DNA of 64,000 bases from Candidatus Bathyarchaeota archaeon (GTDB lineage: Archaea; Thermoproteota; Bathyarchaeia; Bathyarchaeales; Bathyarchaeaceae), in contig CAVOMX010000010.1 in the NCBI GenBank assembly GCA_963697165.1, forward strand, positions 1 through 64,000, written 5' to 3'. This document shows, in pieces, positions 1-11,896 of the stretch (position 1 is its first letter; the number at the start of each line of letters is the position of its first letter). The notes below the pieces were generated by a model, which worked only from the letters and a program-made list of their open reading frames with translations, had not been told where the DNA came from and ran no database searches. Position numbers and translations under genes: made by a program.

Positions 1-10
1 TTAGACTATT

Positions 11-2181
<2,171 letters not shown>

Positions 2182-2244
2182 TAGTAGTGAGAGTTAGCTA
2201 ACAACGACAACAGGGTAAACCACCCGGTCCAAATCTATAAGTTT

Positions 2245-2296
2245 AGATTTGAACTCTCTTCGCAGGGGAAAAAATCTCCTGCAAAACTCCCATTTT
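2245..2296. repeat. highly degenerate att-like repeat (R0)
   Basis: GATTTGAACTC...TCCTGCAAAACTCCCATTTT resembles the consensus core and right arm. Confidence 0.45.
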
Positions 2297-2328
2297 ATTA
2301 ATTCTTAAGATATGTCCACTTTAGCAGT

Positions 2329-2391
2329 AGGGATTTTACCGGGGACCAATTGAGATATCACCCGTTTTTATCCCGCAAATTCCCTTTTTTT
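2329..2391. repeat. tRNA-Pro-derived att-like repeat R1
   Basis: GGGATTTTACCGGGGACCAATTGAGATATCACCCG...TCCCGCAAATTCCCTTTTTTT. Confidence 0.85.
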
Positions 2392-2676
2392 ACACATATG
2401 GTAAAAATTTAATCAACAAACCCAAACATAATATGATATAGTAATGTTACAAATAGAAATAAAATAGAAAGTATATTGATTGTCTAAGAAAATGTTATGG
2501 CCTGAGTTATTATTCAGTTTTTTTCTAGGCGATAAGAAAATTTTTCTCTCAAAACTAATTGTTATAGGTCTTATACTGATAATGAGCCGAATAATAGCAT
2601 TAATAATTATCTCCTAACGAAACTCAAGACTTGACAATAAAAAAGAAGGAAAACAGAGAAAGCTAAGCATTATTGA

Positions 2677-2898
2677 TTATGTCTCTTCTTCTCCGATAAC
2701 TTCAGTGCTAGTTGTGATGTAGTTTCCTTCAGGTACCCAGTAGATTGGTTTTTCGTTTCGAAGCAAATCAGCTATATATACTGCGTTTTCTTTTGGAGGG
2801 AACCAGTTTACATTACGCCAGTTTCCATCTACTTTATAATGGAAGATGATCCAGGGGCGCTCATTTTTTCGGTCGTACCGAAGGTACATAGTTTTCAA
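2677..2898 (-). CDS. hypothetical protein (DxLRNEKPI family)
   Basis: 73-aa ORF sharing DLLRNEKPI and the C-terminal E-x-[IV]-GE-x-ET with its upstream neighbour. Confidence 0.65.
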   Translation of the reverse strand: MKTMYLRYDRKNERPWIIFHYKVDGNWRNVNWFPPKENAVYIADLLRNEKPIYWVPEGNYITTSTEVIGEEET

Positions 2899-2943
2899 CC
2901 ATGTAAACCTTGTAAACCATTTTTTATCACCAGAAAATCAGGG

Positions 2944-3252
2944 TTAGGGGGTTTCTCCTTCACCCACGGGCTCTTTTCCCGTTCCGAGGAATCCTCTATT
3001 TGCTGCAAAGTAGACGTTGATTGGTTTTTCATTTCGAAGAACATCAAGCACATTTTCGAACATACTGGATGGAAGATGCATCCTTATGATATCACCCGAA
3101 ACATAGTCGTTTTCGAAAGTCATACCAGAGTCATTGAATCGGATATATGCGACTACTTTGCTGTTGTTGTAGAGACTAATTTGTGCCCTATTTGTTTGAT
3201 ACCCAGTTGGACTTCCGTAGAAGAGAACATGGTATCCTGTTACGTTTACCAT
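2944..3252 (-). CDS. hypothetical protein (DxLRNEKPI family)
   Basis: 102-aa ORF with upstream GGTGA RBS; DVLRNEKPI...EPVGEGET. Confidence 0.75.
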   Translation of the reverse strand: MVNVTGYHVLFYGSPTGYQTNRAQISLYNNSKVVAYIRFNDSGMTFENDYVSGDIIRMHLPSSMFENVLDVLRNEKPINVYFAANRGFLGTGKEPVGEGETP

Positions 3253-3517
3253 TCATTTCACCTTAATACATATATTGTATATTGATTCTTAATAAACATT
3301 ATTGTGTTGTTATTGGTTCTCCATAGATACAACAAGAATTCAAAATGGAAGAACAAAACGAGCGAAAACATACAAGCCACCGAGACGCACACATTCTCTT
3401 GAAACAGTTAGTTCTATTACGACAGAAAAGTTATTTCCAAAACCAAAAATTAACAAACAAACTCATTTTAAAACCATATTTTACTAAATATTTCCAAATT
3501 AGGACTTATTTCAGAAA

Positions 3518-3603
3518 ATAAGCAATTTTGGCGGGGTCGATGGTATTTACATAGGGGGACATATATTGACATCAACCGATTAATTCCAGCAAACTCCTTT
3601 TTT
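3518..3603. repeat. degenerate att-like repeat R2
   Basis: ATAAGCAATTTTGGCGGGGTCGATGGTATTT...GACATCAACCG...TTCCAGCAAACTCCTTTTTT. Confidence 0.8.
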
Positions 3604-3717
3604 AGAAACATTTTAAAAAAAATTCAGGTGTTTCATTTTTTGAAACGGATTTTCCACAATGTCCCTTATATCGAATTTAGACATATATCATAAACAGAAA
3701 ACACTGAGGCAGTAAAA

Positions 3718-3933
3718 ATGAGAAAAATTGTAAGCGTCGCAATATTGCTTTTGATTTTTGCTAGCATGCTTTGTGGAACTGTAGCAGCGGCTAATACTCT
3801 TGGACCAGCACCTTACGCTGGTGATGGCGTGTCAGATGGCAGAGGGTTTGAAGCAGATCATTGGCAGAATGGAGATAGCCCGGGACCAGCCCCAAATTCC
3901 GGCGATTGTGTTCCAGACGGTAGTGGATTTTGA
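3718..3933 (+). CDS. small secreted protein with two GPAPxxGDxxxDGxGF repeats
   Basis: Signal-peptide-like N-terminus; internal repeat GPAPYAGDGVSDGRGF / GPAPNSGDCVPDGSGF. Confidence 0.75.
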   Translation: MRKIVSVAILLLIFASMLCGTVAAANTLGPAPYAGDGVSDGRGFEADHWQNGDSPGPAPNSGDCVPDGSGF

Positions 3934-4018
3934 TTTTAACTAAAAAATCAAACCTACCAATTTTTTTATTTTACGCTTTATTTATTAAAATAACCTCAAT
4001 TTAATCCATATTTATTAA

Positions 4019-4107
4019 AATAAGCGTTTTGGTGTGGTCTAGCGGGATTTGAACCCCGGACCAATGGAGATATCACCACTGAATTTCCCGCAAACTCCCC
4101 CTTTTTT
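4019..4107. repeat. att-like repeat R3
   Basis: TAAGCGTTTTGGTGTGGTCTAGCGGGATTTGAACCCCGGACCAATGGAGATATCACC...TCCCGCAAACTCCCCCTTTTTT. Confidence 0.92.
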
Positions 4108-4261
4108 AATCGTTCTAAAACATGGTATTATATACTCTAAAACAAACAATGAAAGCGATTAAGTTTGAGCAGAAAAAAGAAACAAGTAAATTATTGAAGT
4201 TTTCTTTTTTTGGGAATTAGTTTGATATCAATTGGATTGACAGGATAAGGAGGTGAATCAA

Positions 4262-4480
4262 TTGGCAGTAGCAGCTTATGCAGGATGGGTATTGGAGCGC
4301 ACTAAAAAGGCACTCAAAGAAGCGGGAGCTACTTCTGAAGAGACTGCTAAAACACCCAAAGAACTCAAACTTGATGAAAAGTGGCTGAAAATGAGTGCCA
4401 ATACAATCATACCTTCTGGTGTTGTTGCAACAAAGGACGGAAGATATTATTTAATTAGCAAAAACGAAAAGCAACAATGA
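4262..4480 (+). CDS. small hypothetical protein (copy 1 of a duplicated cassette)
   Basis: AGGAGGTGA RBS before TTG; near-identical copy at 24279..24497. Confidence 0.75.
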   Translation: MAVAAYAGWVLERTKKALKEAGATSEETAKTPKELKLDEKWLKMSANTIIPSGVVATKDGRYYLISKNEKQQ

Positions 4481-4644
4481 CTTGATTACAAGGCATTCTA
4501 TGTTTCTATTATTAAGAAAAGCCTCAGACTATTACCCTAGTCTGACCTCGTCTCTAGCATGGACTGTGACCCGTCGGGTGATATGTCCCTCAAATCCACT
4601 TTTTTCATTGTAAAACTCTATTTGAGATATTGTCCATTGTTCCT

Positions 4645-4711
4645 TTTGGTGGGGTCGCAGGGATTTGCACCGGGGACCAGTGGAGACATCACCCGCATTT
4701 TACCTTTTTTT
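4645..4711. repeat. att-like repeat R4 (class B core, truncated right arm)
   Basis: TTTGGTGGGGTCGCAGGGATTTGCACCGGGGACCAGTGGAGACATCACCCG. Confidence 0.9.
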
Positions 4712-4776
4712 GCGCCGCTGAAAATACAGTCTATTTACGAAAAGGGTTTTATGAAACCAAAATCCATGCGTATACT

Positions 4777-4902
4777 ATGTCGTCAACGTACATTGCTCCA
4801 AATTGTCCTTGTCCTGAGAAAGAGTGCAAACGTCACGGAAAATGCGAAGAATGCGTCAAGCATCACAACGAGAAAGGCGAGGAGCCCTATTGTGCAAGAT
4901 AA
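4777..4902 (+). CDS. 41-aa Cys/His-rich putative metal-binding microprotein
   Basis: CPCPEKECKRHGKCEECVKHH...PYC pattern from ATG at 4777. Confidence 0.6.
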   Translation: MSSTYIAPNCPCPEKECKRHGKCEECVKHHNEKGEEPYCAR

Positions 4903-5035
4903 CCGCCTTAATAATCATTTATTTTCAGTTTTGCTGAGTGTAGCCATAGCGACAGCGCAAGTGAAATCACCCACAAGTCACGCGCGCGCAGGTAAGTAAG
5001 CCTAAATTGAGATATCTCTAGTGAAAGCTTGATAC

Positions 5036-5070
5036 TTCACCCGCTAAAATCCCGCAAAATCCCCTTTTTT
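5036..5070. repeat. half repeat R5 (right arm only)
   Basis: TTCACCCGCTAAAATCCCGCAAAATCCCCTTTTTT with no tRNA part. Confidence 0.8.
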
Positions 5071-5196
5071 AACATGCAATTTTAGCCACAATAAATGAAA
5101 ATCATGCTGAGAGTTATTTCTTGAAATGTGCCTTAAAGGATATAATCTAATTAGTCTAATGAGATATTATTGCATATTGGTTATAGGAGTCGGATA

Positions 5197-7710
5197 GTGT
5201 TGAAAGCTCCACCAGAAAAGTTAGGTTCCTTTTATTTGGGGGCACAATATGACCTTAAAAAAAGTCAGATTACTGAAAACGTGGTTAATTATGATGCAAG
5301 GGATTTGACCACTCATGCAGTCTGTTTTGGAATGACAGGCAGCGGAAAGACTGGCTTATGTGTTTGTCTTTTGGAGGAAGCTGCTTTAGACAAGGTTCCT
5401 GCTATCATTATTGACCCGAAAGGAGACATCACTAATCTGATGCTACAATTTCCCAATCTTCAGCCACTAGACTTCAAACCGTGGATTAATCCAGATGACG
5501 CAAGAAGGAAAGGAAAAACAGTAGAAGAATATGCCCAATATACTGCTGAACTTTGGCGTAACGGGCTAGGTGACTGGGGAATAGATTCCACTAGGATTAA
5601 GGCTCTGCAAGATTCTGCTGATTTTGTTATATTTACTCCTGGCTCTGATGCTGGAATTCCAGTTAGTTTACTTAGCAGCCTTGCTGCCCCCAAGTTAAGT
5701 TTTGATGACAATTCTGAGATTATTAGAGAACAAATAACGGGAACAGTAGCGGCTTTGTTGGAATTGGCGGGTGTAAATGCTGATCCTGTTAGAAGTCGTG
5801 AAGCAATTTTGTTGGCTACCATTTTTGAGTATTTCTGGGAAAAAAAGCAAGATTTAGATTTGGCTATATTGATTTCTTCTATTCAAAAGCCTCCAGTTCG
5901 TAAACTTGGAGTTTTTGATGTGGATACTTTTTATCCTGAAAAAGATCGTTTTGAGTTAGCGATGGCTTTTAACAGTTTGATTGCTTCGCCCAATTTCCAA
6001 AGTTGGCTTAAAGGTGAATCATTAGATATTGACAGGCTACTTTATGATGATAAGGGAAAACCTAGGCATTGTATTTTTTATCTTGCCCATCTTTCTGAAC
6101 GGGAAAGAATGCTCTTTGTTACTTTGATTTTAGAGAAAGTGTTAATTTGGGTAAGAGGTCAGACGGGCACTACTAGTTTGAGGGCTTTGTTGTATTTTGA
6201 TGAGGTTTTTGGGTTCATGCCACCAGTTGCTGAACCTCCATCTAAAAGACCATTAATTACTCTTTTGAAGCAGGCTAGAGCCTTTGGTTTGGGTTGTATT
6301 TTGGTTACCCAAAATCCTGTTGACATTGATTATAAGGGGTTAACTAACACGGGTACTTGGTTTATTGGTAAGCTTCAAACAGAAAGGGACAAAAAAAGGG
6401 TCCTTGATGGGTTACAAGGAGTTGTCTCCCAGACAGGGATAGACACTAAAGACTATAGTGATTTGATAAGCAGTCTTTCTAGCAGAGTTTTCTTGTACCA
6501 TAACGTTCATGAAAACGAGCCAGTTGTGTTTTACACACGTTGGGCTATGAGCTATCTCAGAGGCCCTATGACTAGACCTCAAATAAGGCAACTGATGATT
6601 AATCAGAAAGAGTTAACGAGCAGTTCTAAAACTACCGATTTTGAGCCACACCTGAAAGTAAAGTCGTCTGGTGTCATAGAAGAAGAAGGACTGTTTAGAA
6701 ATCCACCCACTCTTTCTCCAGAAATTCCTCAGGTTTTTCTCCCGTTGGAGGTGAGCGAAAATAAAGCAAAACAGTCTTTAATTCAAAAATTTGGTGTGAA
6801 CGTTTATGTCGAAAAGGTTCAACTTCGTTACAGACCTGCAATTTTTGGCAGTGGAACTGTGCGTTTCCTTGATCGTAAACAATCTATCGATGAACAGATC
6901 GAAAAAAATTTAATCATTGAAGATTTGGAGAAGACTTCCTTTGTTGATTGGAAAACTGCCAAGGAATCACAGCTGGGACATAATGATTTATTGAACACTA
7001 AAGATCAGGTTTCTGACAAAGATGCATTTTTTGAATTGATTCCAGAGCTTGCCAACAGTCCAACAGAATTTAAAAAGTTAAACAAGGACCTAAACGATTT
7101 TCTTTATTATAATAGTGTCTTGAAACTGAAAAAGAACAATGATTTAGATGTTATTCAACACCCAGAAGAGTCAGACAGAGATTTTCAGATTCGTCTTTTG
7201 CAGCGGTCCCGGGAAGAGAGAGATGCCGAAGTTGATAAGTTGAAAGGAAAATATGCTAAGAAGTTGGATAAGCTTGAGGATAAGCTCAGTAAGTTAGAGT
7301 TTGATTTGGCTGATGACGAAGCGGAGTATAAAGCAAGAAAGCGTGAGGAATTTGTTGGAGCTGGAGAATCAGTTTTGAGTATTTTTATGGGAAGTAGACG
7401 AACAACTACGGCTACTACCATTGCAAGAAGACGTCGCATGACATCAAAGGCCAAAAGGGAGTTTGATGAAACAAAAGAAGATATTACAAGAGCCAAAAAA
7501 GACATTACAGAGTTAGAAGCAGAACTAAAGAAAGCAGTTGACCAAATTTTGGAAAAATACGAGAAAGTAGCAGAAGATTTGAGTGTAAATGAGCTTAAAC
7601 CCAAAAAGACTGATATTAGAATTAATTTAGTTGCTTTAGCATGGAAACCCTATTGGATAGTAGACTATAAAGAAAGGGGTTTATTGAAAAGAACTGCCGT
7701 AGAAGCATAA
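5197..7710 (+). CDS. HerA/FtsK-superfamily (DUF87-like) ATPase with C-terminal coiled coil
   Basis: Walker A GMTGSGKT, IIIDPKGD, Walker B LYFDEVFG, ARAFG and VTQNP motifs. Confidence 0.85.
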   Translation: MLKAPPEKLGSFYLGAQYDLKKSQITENVVNYDARDLTTHAVCFGMTGSGKTGLCVCLLEEAALDKVPAIIIDPKGDITNLMLQFPNLQPLDFKPWINPDDARRKGKTVEEYAQYTAELWRNGLGDWGIDSTRIKALQDSADFVIFTPGSDAGIPVSLLSSLAAPKLSFDDNSEIIREQITGTVAALLELAGVNADPVRSREAILLATIFEYFWEKKQDLDLAILISSIQKPPVRKLGVFDVDTFYPEKDRFELAMAFNSLIASPNFQSWLKGESLDIDRLLYDDKGKPRHCIFYLAHLSERERMLFVTLILEKVLIWVRGQTGTTSLRALLYFDEVFGFMPPVAEPPSKRPLITLLKQARAFGLGCILVTQNPVDIDYKGLTNTGTWFIGKLQTERDKKRVLDGLQGVVSQTGIDTKDYSDLISSLSSRVFLYHNVHENEPVVFYTRWAMSYLRGPMTRPQIRQLMINQKELTSSSKTTDFEPHLKVKSSGVIEEEGLFRNPPTLSPEIPQVFLPLEVSENKAKQSLIQKFGVNVYVEKVQLRYRPAIFGSGTVRFLDRKQSIDEQIEKNLIIEDLEKTSFVDWKTAKESQLGHNDLLNTKDQVSDKDAFFELIPELANSPTEFKKLNKDLNDFLYYNSVLKLKKNNDLDVIQHPEESDRDFQIRLLQRSREERDAEVDKLKGKYAKKLDKLEDKLSKLEFDLADDEAEYKARKREEFVGAGESVLSIFMGSRRTTTATTIARRRRMTSKAKREFDETKEDITRAKKDITELEAELKKAVDQILEKYEKVAEDLSVNELKPKKTDIRINLVALAWKPYWIVDYKERGLLKRTAVEA

Positions 7711-7790
7711 AAATCAATTGCAAATATAAATCAAAAGCTATTTCAAGATTTATTTAAACAAATAATCATATTTTAGCCTTTATTTAATAA

Positions 7791-7878
7791 AATAAGCTGT
7801 TCGGTAGGGTCGATGGGATTTGAACCCCGGACAAATGGAGACATCACCACTATTTATCCCGCACTTCCCTCTTTTTTT
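7791..7878. repeat. att-like repeat R6
   Basis: AATAAGCTGTTCGGTAGGGTCGATGGGATTTGAACCCCGGACAAATGGAGACATCACC...TCCCGCACTTCCCTCTTTTTTT. Confidence 0.9.
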
Positions 7879-7938
7879 AGATAAAATCTATCCTCTATCA
7901 AAATTGAACAAGAAATTCTCAAAATTAGCGAGGGGCAA

Positions 7939-8166
7939 TTATATTTTTTTAGGATTTCTGGCGAATTCTTTGGCTTGGTTTAATTCCTCTTTTGTTGGGT
8001 GTCCTCGTTTTATTAAAGTAAATTTCCCAAAACAGCTAAAGCAATCACCGAGTGTATAACCTTTATTGACTATAATCTCCTTCATAGCCGCAAGTGTGGT
8101 GGTTGCATCTCCTGCACATGTAGAAAAGAAGGCTACTTGGTTATTTGTTGTAGCATCCAAAGTTTC
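7939..8166 (-). pseudogene. 5'-truncated flavodoxin-like gene fragment
   Basis: VAFFSTCAG...CFSCFG...GHPTKEELNQAKEFA is a flavodoxin-type C-terminal half; the 5' part is replaced by half repeat R7. Confidence 0.65.
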
Positions 8167-8201
8167 GACCCGTTTATTATCCCGCAAACTCCCCCTTTTT
8201 T
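8167..8201. repeat. half repeat R7 (right arm only)
   Basis: GACCCGTTTATTATCCCGCAAACTCCCCCTTTTTT. Confidence 0.8.
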
Positions 8202-8225
8202 AACGGATTATTTTTTTATACTCAC

Positions 8226-9077
8226 ATGATCATATCAAATGTTTTGGAGAAAAAGATTGTGTATTGTTCAAAATGTGGAACTAAGCTAGATGAAGGCGCA
8301 AAGTTTTGTTCCAAGTGTGGAACGACAGTTGATTCGAATGTTGAAATACATAGAACAGAATTAAGTCACAAAGCAAAAGGAAAAACTCTTAGCACCACAG
8401 CAATTGTTGCTATCATTATTGTTGTTGTAGTAGTTATAGCGGGGTTATTATCAACAGTACTTTTCCTTAGTGATGGGCATTTATTTGGCGAAGTTGTTGG
8501 TTCAGGAAATTTAGTTACTAAAGAAGAACAGTTCAGCGATTTCACGGGAGTGGATGCTGGGAGTGGATTCAATGTTGAAATTTCCAAGGCTAGTTCTTAT
8601 AGTGTGATTGTCACAACTGATGATAATGTAATGGAACATATTGAAGTATCTAAGTCAGGTGATGCTTTAAAAGTAGGAGTTAAGTGGGGTACAAGCTTAC
8701 GTTCAGCAACTCTAAAAATCCAGATAACAATGCCAGCAATAAACAGAATAGAATTGTCTGGTGGAGCCCAAGGAAAAATTGAAGACTTCATTTCCAGTAA
8801 TCCATTTTCGGTCGAATTGTCTGGAGGTAGCCAATTAACAGGAGAAGGTTCAGCAGGAGAACTTTCAGTTGACGCTTCGGGTGGCACTCAGTTACATTTT
8901 GCAGACTATTCAGTTCAAGATGCCAACATCGAACTTAGTGGAGGAAGCCAAGCAACAATAAATCTTGATGGAACACTTGATGCTGATCTAAGTGGAGGTT
9001 CCCAACTATATTATTATGGCAACGCAACTCCAGGTGAAATTGAAACATCAAGTGGTTCTCAAATACATAAAAAATAA
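8226..9077 (+). CDS. zinc-ribbon + TM + DUF2807/GIN-like beta-helix membrane protein
   Basis: CSKCG..FCSKCG, one TM helix, GSGN motif and repeated xLSGGSQ units; the true start may be slightly downstream. Confidence 0.85.
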   Translation: MIISNVLEKKIVYCSKCGTKLDEGAKFCSKCGTTVDSNVEIHRTELSHKAKGKTLSTTAIVAIIIVVVVVIAGLLSTVLFLSDGHLFGEVVGSGNLVTKEEQFSDFTGVDAGSGFNVEISKASSYSVIVTTDDNVMEHIEVSKSGDALKVGVKWGTSLRSATLKIQITMPAINRIELSGGAQGKIEDFISSNPFSVELSGGSQLTGEGSAGELSVDASGGTQLHFADYSVQDANIELSGGSQATINLDGTLDADLSGGSQLYYYGNATPGEIETSSGSQIHKK

Positions 9078-9089
9078 TCACAAGTTTAT

Positions 9090-9164
9090 TGTGGGATAGC
9101 AGGGATTTGCACAGGGGACCAGTGGAGATATCACCCGACGAAACTCCGCAATTCCCCCTTTTTT
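9090..9164. repeat. att-like repeat R8 (class B core)
   Basis: GTGGGATAGCAGGGATTTGCACAGGGGACCAGTGGAGATATCACCCG...CTCCGCAATTCCCCCTTTTTT. Confidence 0.88.
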
Positions 9165-9372
9165 GATTTGAAGGATTAAACTTAATCTAAAACCCAAACA
9201 TATATTTCTGTTCACGCACACCTTCATCCTTACCCGCCTATTCTTCTCTTACTCTCGTTTATCCCCAACATTTTAGACACATCACTCATATCTCCCACTT
9301 CATTCAAAAAGAAAGAATTTATAATCGAAAACGAGAAGACATTCATAAAAAGAGATTTACTCAGACAATAAA

Positions 9373-9816
9373 TTATTGAGTTCTATTCTGCTTTTGCTCC
9401 ATTGCTTTCTTAGCTAAAACTACTGCGTCTTCCCTTGTTTCGCCAAAAAGTACACCTATATTGTCAGCATCTTCTTTAGTCACTGCTGCACCTCCAATCA
9501 TGATTACAATTTTGTCCTTTAGTCCTTCAAGTTCTACGGCAGAAATTAGCTCTGGAAGATTCTTCTTAGCTTTTGAATACAAAACAGAAACAACAATTAT
9601 GTCAGCATTTGCCTCTTTAGCCTTTGATGCAAAAGTTGTGGCAGAAACCCCCCGTCCAACATCTATAGTTTTAAACTGAGCCAACTTGAGTGATCTTCTG
9701 ACCATATCTTTAGCAGTAGTCATAATATCTGGTTCAAGAGTGCCTATCACAACTGTTCCAATTGGATTAACTGGTTCAGGTGGCTCTTTCTCTCTCATAG
9801 CTTTTAGCCAAGACAT
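9373..9816 (-). CDS. cobalamin-binding-domain (corrinoid protein-like) protein
   Basis: VVIGTLEPDIM, IDVGRGV, ADIIVVS and IMIGGAAVT match the B12-binding Rossmann domain. Confidence 0.75.
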   Translation of the reverse strand: MSWLKAMREKEPPEPVNPIGTVVIGTLEPDIMTTAKDMVRRSLKLAQFKTIDVGRGVSATTFASKAKEANADIIVVSVLYSKAKKNLPELISAVELEGLKDKIVIMIGGAAVTKEDADNIGVLFGETREDAVVLAKKAMEQKQNRTQ

Positions 9817-9929
9817 TTCAAAAATTACTCCTGTTTCGTTATTATTAATAATTAAAGACTCTTTTAATACTGCCGTATTTGCCTGAAACCGTCATCAATA
9901 ATGTGTGCATGATCCTATCTTTTGATGGC

Positions 9930-11580
9930 TCAAGCACCAACACCATTAACATAATCGATAATTGCTTTTAGGTCCTCATCTGGGGTTTTTAAGGGCATTA
10001 CATTGAACATTTCGAGTAGTTTTGGGGTTATAAATACTGGAAGACTCGGTCCTAAGCGAATGTTTTTCACACCCAGGTGGAAAAGAGACAGTAGAATAGC
10101 TACAGCCTTTTGTTCATACCATGAAAGTATAAAGAATAATGGCAATTCATTTATCCCAGTTTCGAAGATTTCTACAAAAGCTTGGGCTATTTTAACAGCT
10201 GAGTATGCATCGTTGCATTGTCCTATATCTAGTAATCTGGGGATGCCGTCAATCTGACCTATGTCTTTGTCAAAGAATCGGAATTTTCCACAAGCCAAAG
10301 TTAGAACGAGAGAGTCGTTAGGGGTTTTCTCAACAAACTCGGTGTAGTAATTTCGTCCTGGTTTAGCACCGTCACATCCGGCTACGAGGAAGAACGAGTT
10401 TACGTGTCCTTTCATTACTGATTCAGTTATGTTTTCTACCAATGAAAGAAAATAGTTTCTGCCAAAACCGACAGTTACTGTTTTGTCATTCTTGTCTTGG
10501 CTAAACCCCGGCATTTCTAATGCTTTTTGTATGACAGGTGAGAAGTCGTCAGATTCTATGTGAGTTACACCTGGCCAGCCAACCGGACCAGAAGTGAATA
10601 TGTTTGCTTTGTATTTGCTCGTAGGTTTCTGAATACAGTTAGTTGTCATCAGAATTGCACCTGGAAAATTCATAAATTCTTTTTGTTGATTTTGCCAAGC
10701 GGTCCCGTAGTGGCCAAAAAAGTGAGGATATTTCTTTAAGTTGGGATAACCGTGAGCTGGAAGCATTTCTCCATGGGTGTAAACATTGATTCCTTTTCCT
10801 GCGCTTTGCTTCAGAACTTTCTCTAAATCTTTCAGATCGTGACCTGAAACTAGGATTGCTTTGCCTTTCTTATGTCCTAATGGAACTTTTGTGGGAACTG
10901 GATGACCGTAGGCTTCTGTGTTTCCAGCGTCCAAGAGTTCCATGGCTCTGATGTTAATTTCGCCACATTTCAGGGCGAGGTCTAAAAAGTCATTGATGCC
11001 CAGCGATTTGTCCAGGGTTGCTGCAAGGCCTTGCTGAATAAACTCAAAAACTTTGTCATCCTTTTTTCCAAGGCGATATGCATGATAAGCGTAGGCTGCG
11101 ACTCCTTTTAACCCGTAAATTAGGAGCCAGTGAAGTCCATTCAACTCAGGATCGATCGAGGGATCAGCCTTCACCCCAACCTGTTTTCCTTGTTGGATCA
11201 GACCTTCCTTCGTCTTTTCGAGGAGTAAATCAACTGGACCATGGAATTCGACATATCCTCCTGCTAATTGCACCTTTTCACGCAGGATCATCACGAAACT
11301 TTGCTGATTTGGCAATATATTCGATTAATGTGTCTGGGTCAAAGTTTACATTAGTTAATGTGGCAAAAGCTGACTCGCATATGAACAGATTTAATTGCTC
11401 ATCTTTGACCCCCACTTTTTTTCCTTCTAAGGCTAACTGAGATAATCCTCTAAGCATGTAGATCAACAAGTCTTGAAGCGCGGCGACCTCAGGATTTTTT
11501 CCACAAACACCAAAAGTTGTGCAGCCTTTTCCCCCAGAAGTTTGCTCACACTGATAACAGAACATTTGATTTCCATTCAC
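9930..11580 (-). CDS. hcp: hybrid cluster protein / hydroxylamine reductase (frameshift ~11280-11315)
   Basis: MFCYQCEQT..GCT..GVCGK, THGEMLPAH, GCDG, LACGKFRF, GQCND and SWYEQKA motifs across two ORFs. Confidence 0.95.
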
Positions 11581-11811
11581 AGGTTTACACCCATCATTTA
11601 GATAACGACCAACGCAAATATCTTTTGTCCCATATTTGTGGAGGGCTCAAACACTGTGAAACTGATTCTTCCCTACAAAATCATGGTTAATCCTTCCGTT
11701 TCTAGTCAGGACAACATTAGTGATTATGATCTTCAAAAGAGAATTTAAGAAATTAATAGTATTTTAAGCATTATTCAATAAAATAGACAATATTTATGCC
11801 TTATTTTTTAA

Positions 11812-11896
11812 AATAGGCTTTTTGGTGTGGTTTCGGGGATTTGCACCGGGGACCAGTGGAGATATCACCCGTTTTTCTCGCATATCCCTCTTTTTT
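11812..11896. repeat. att-like repeat R9 (class B core)
   Basis: AATAGGCTTTTTGGTGTGGTTTCGGGGATTTGCACCGGGGACCAGTGGAGATATCACCCG...TCTCGCATATCCCTCTTTTTT. Confidence 0.9.

Noticed and set aside
2839..3285. 148-aa plus-strand ORF
   Set aside because: Antisense to two minus-strand paralogs that share a motif
4559..4999. ORFs running through repeats (4559..4999, 7820..8059, 16427..16696)
   Set aside because: Chance frames translating the repeat (GDIT-like peptides), with no coding features
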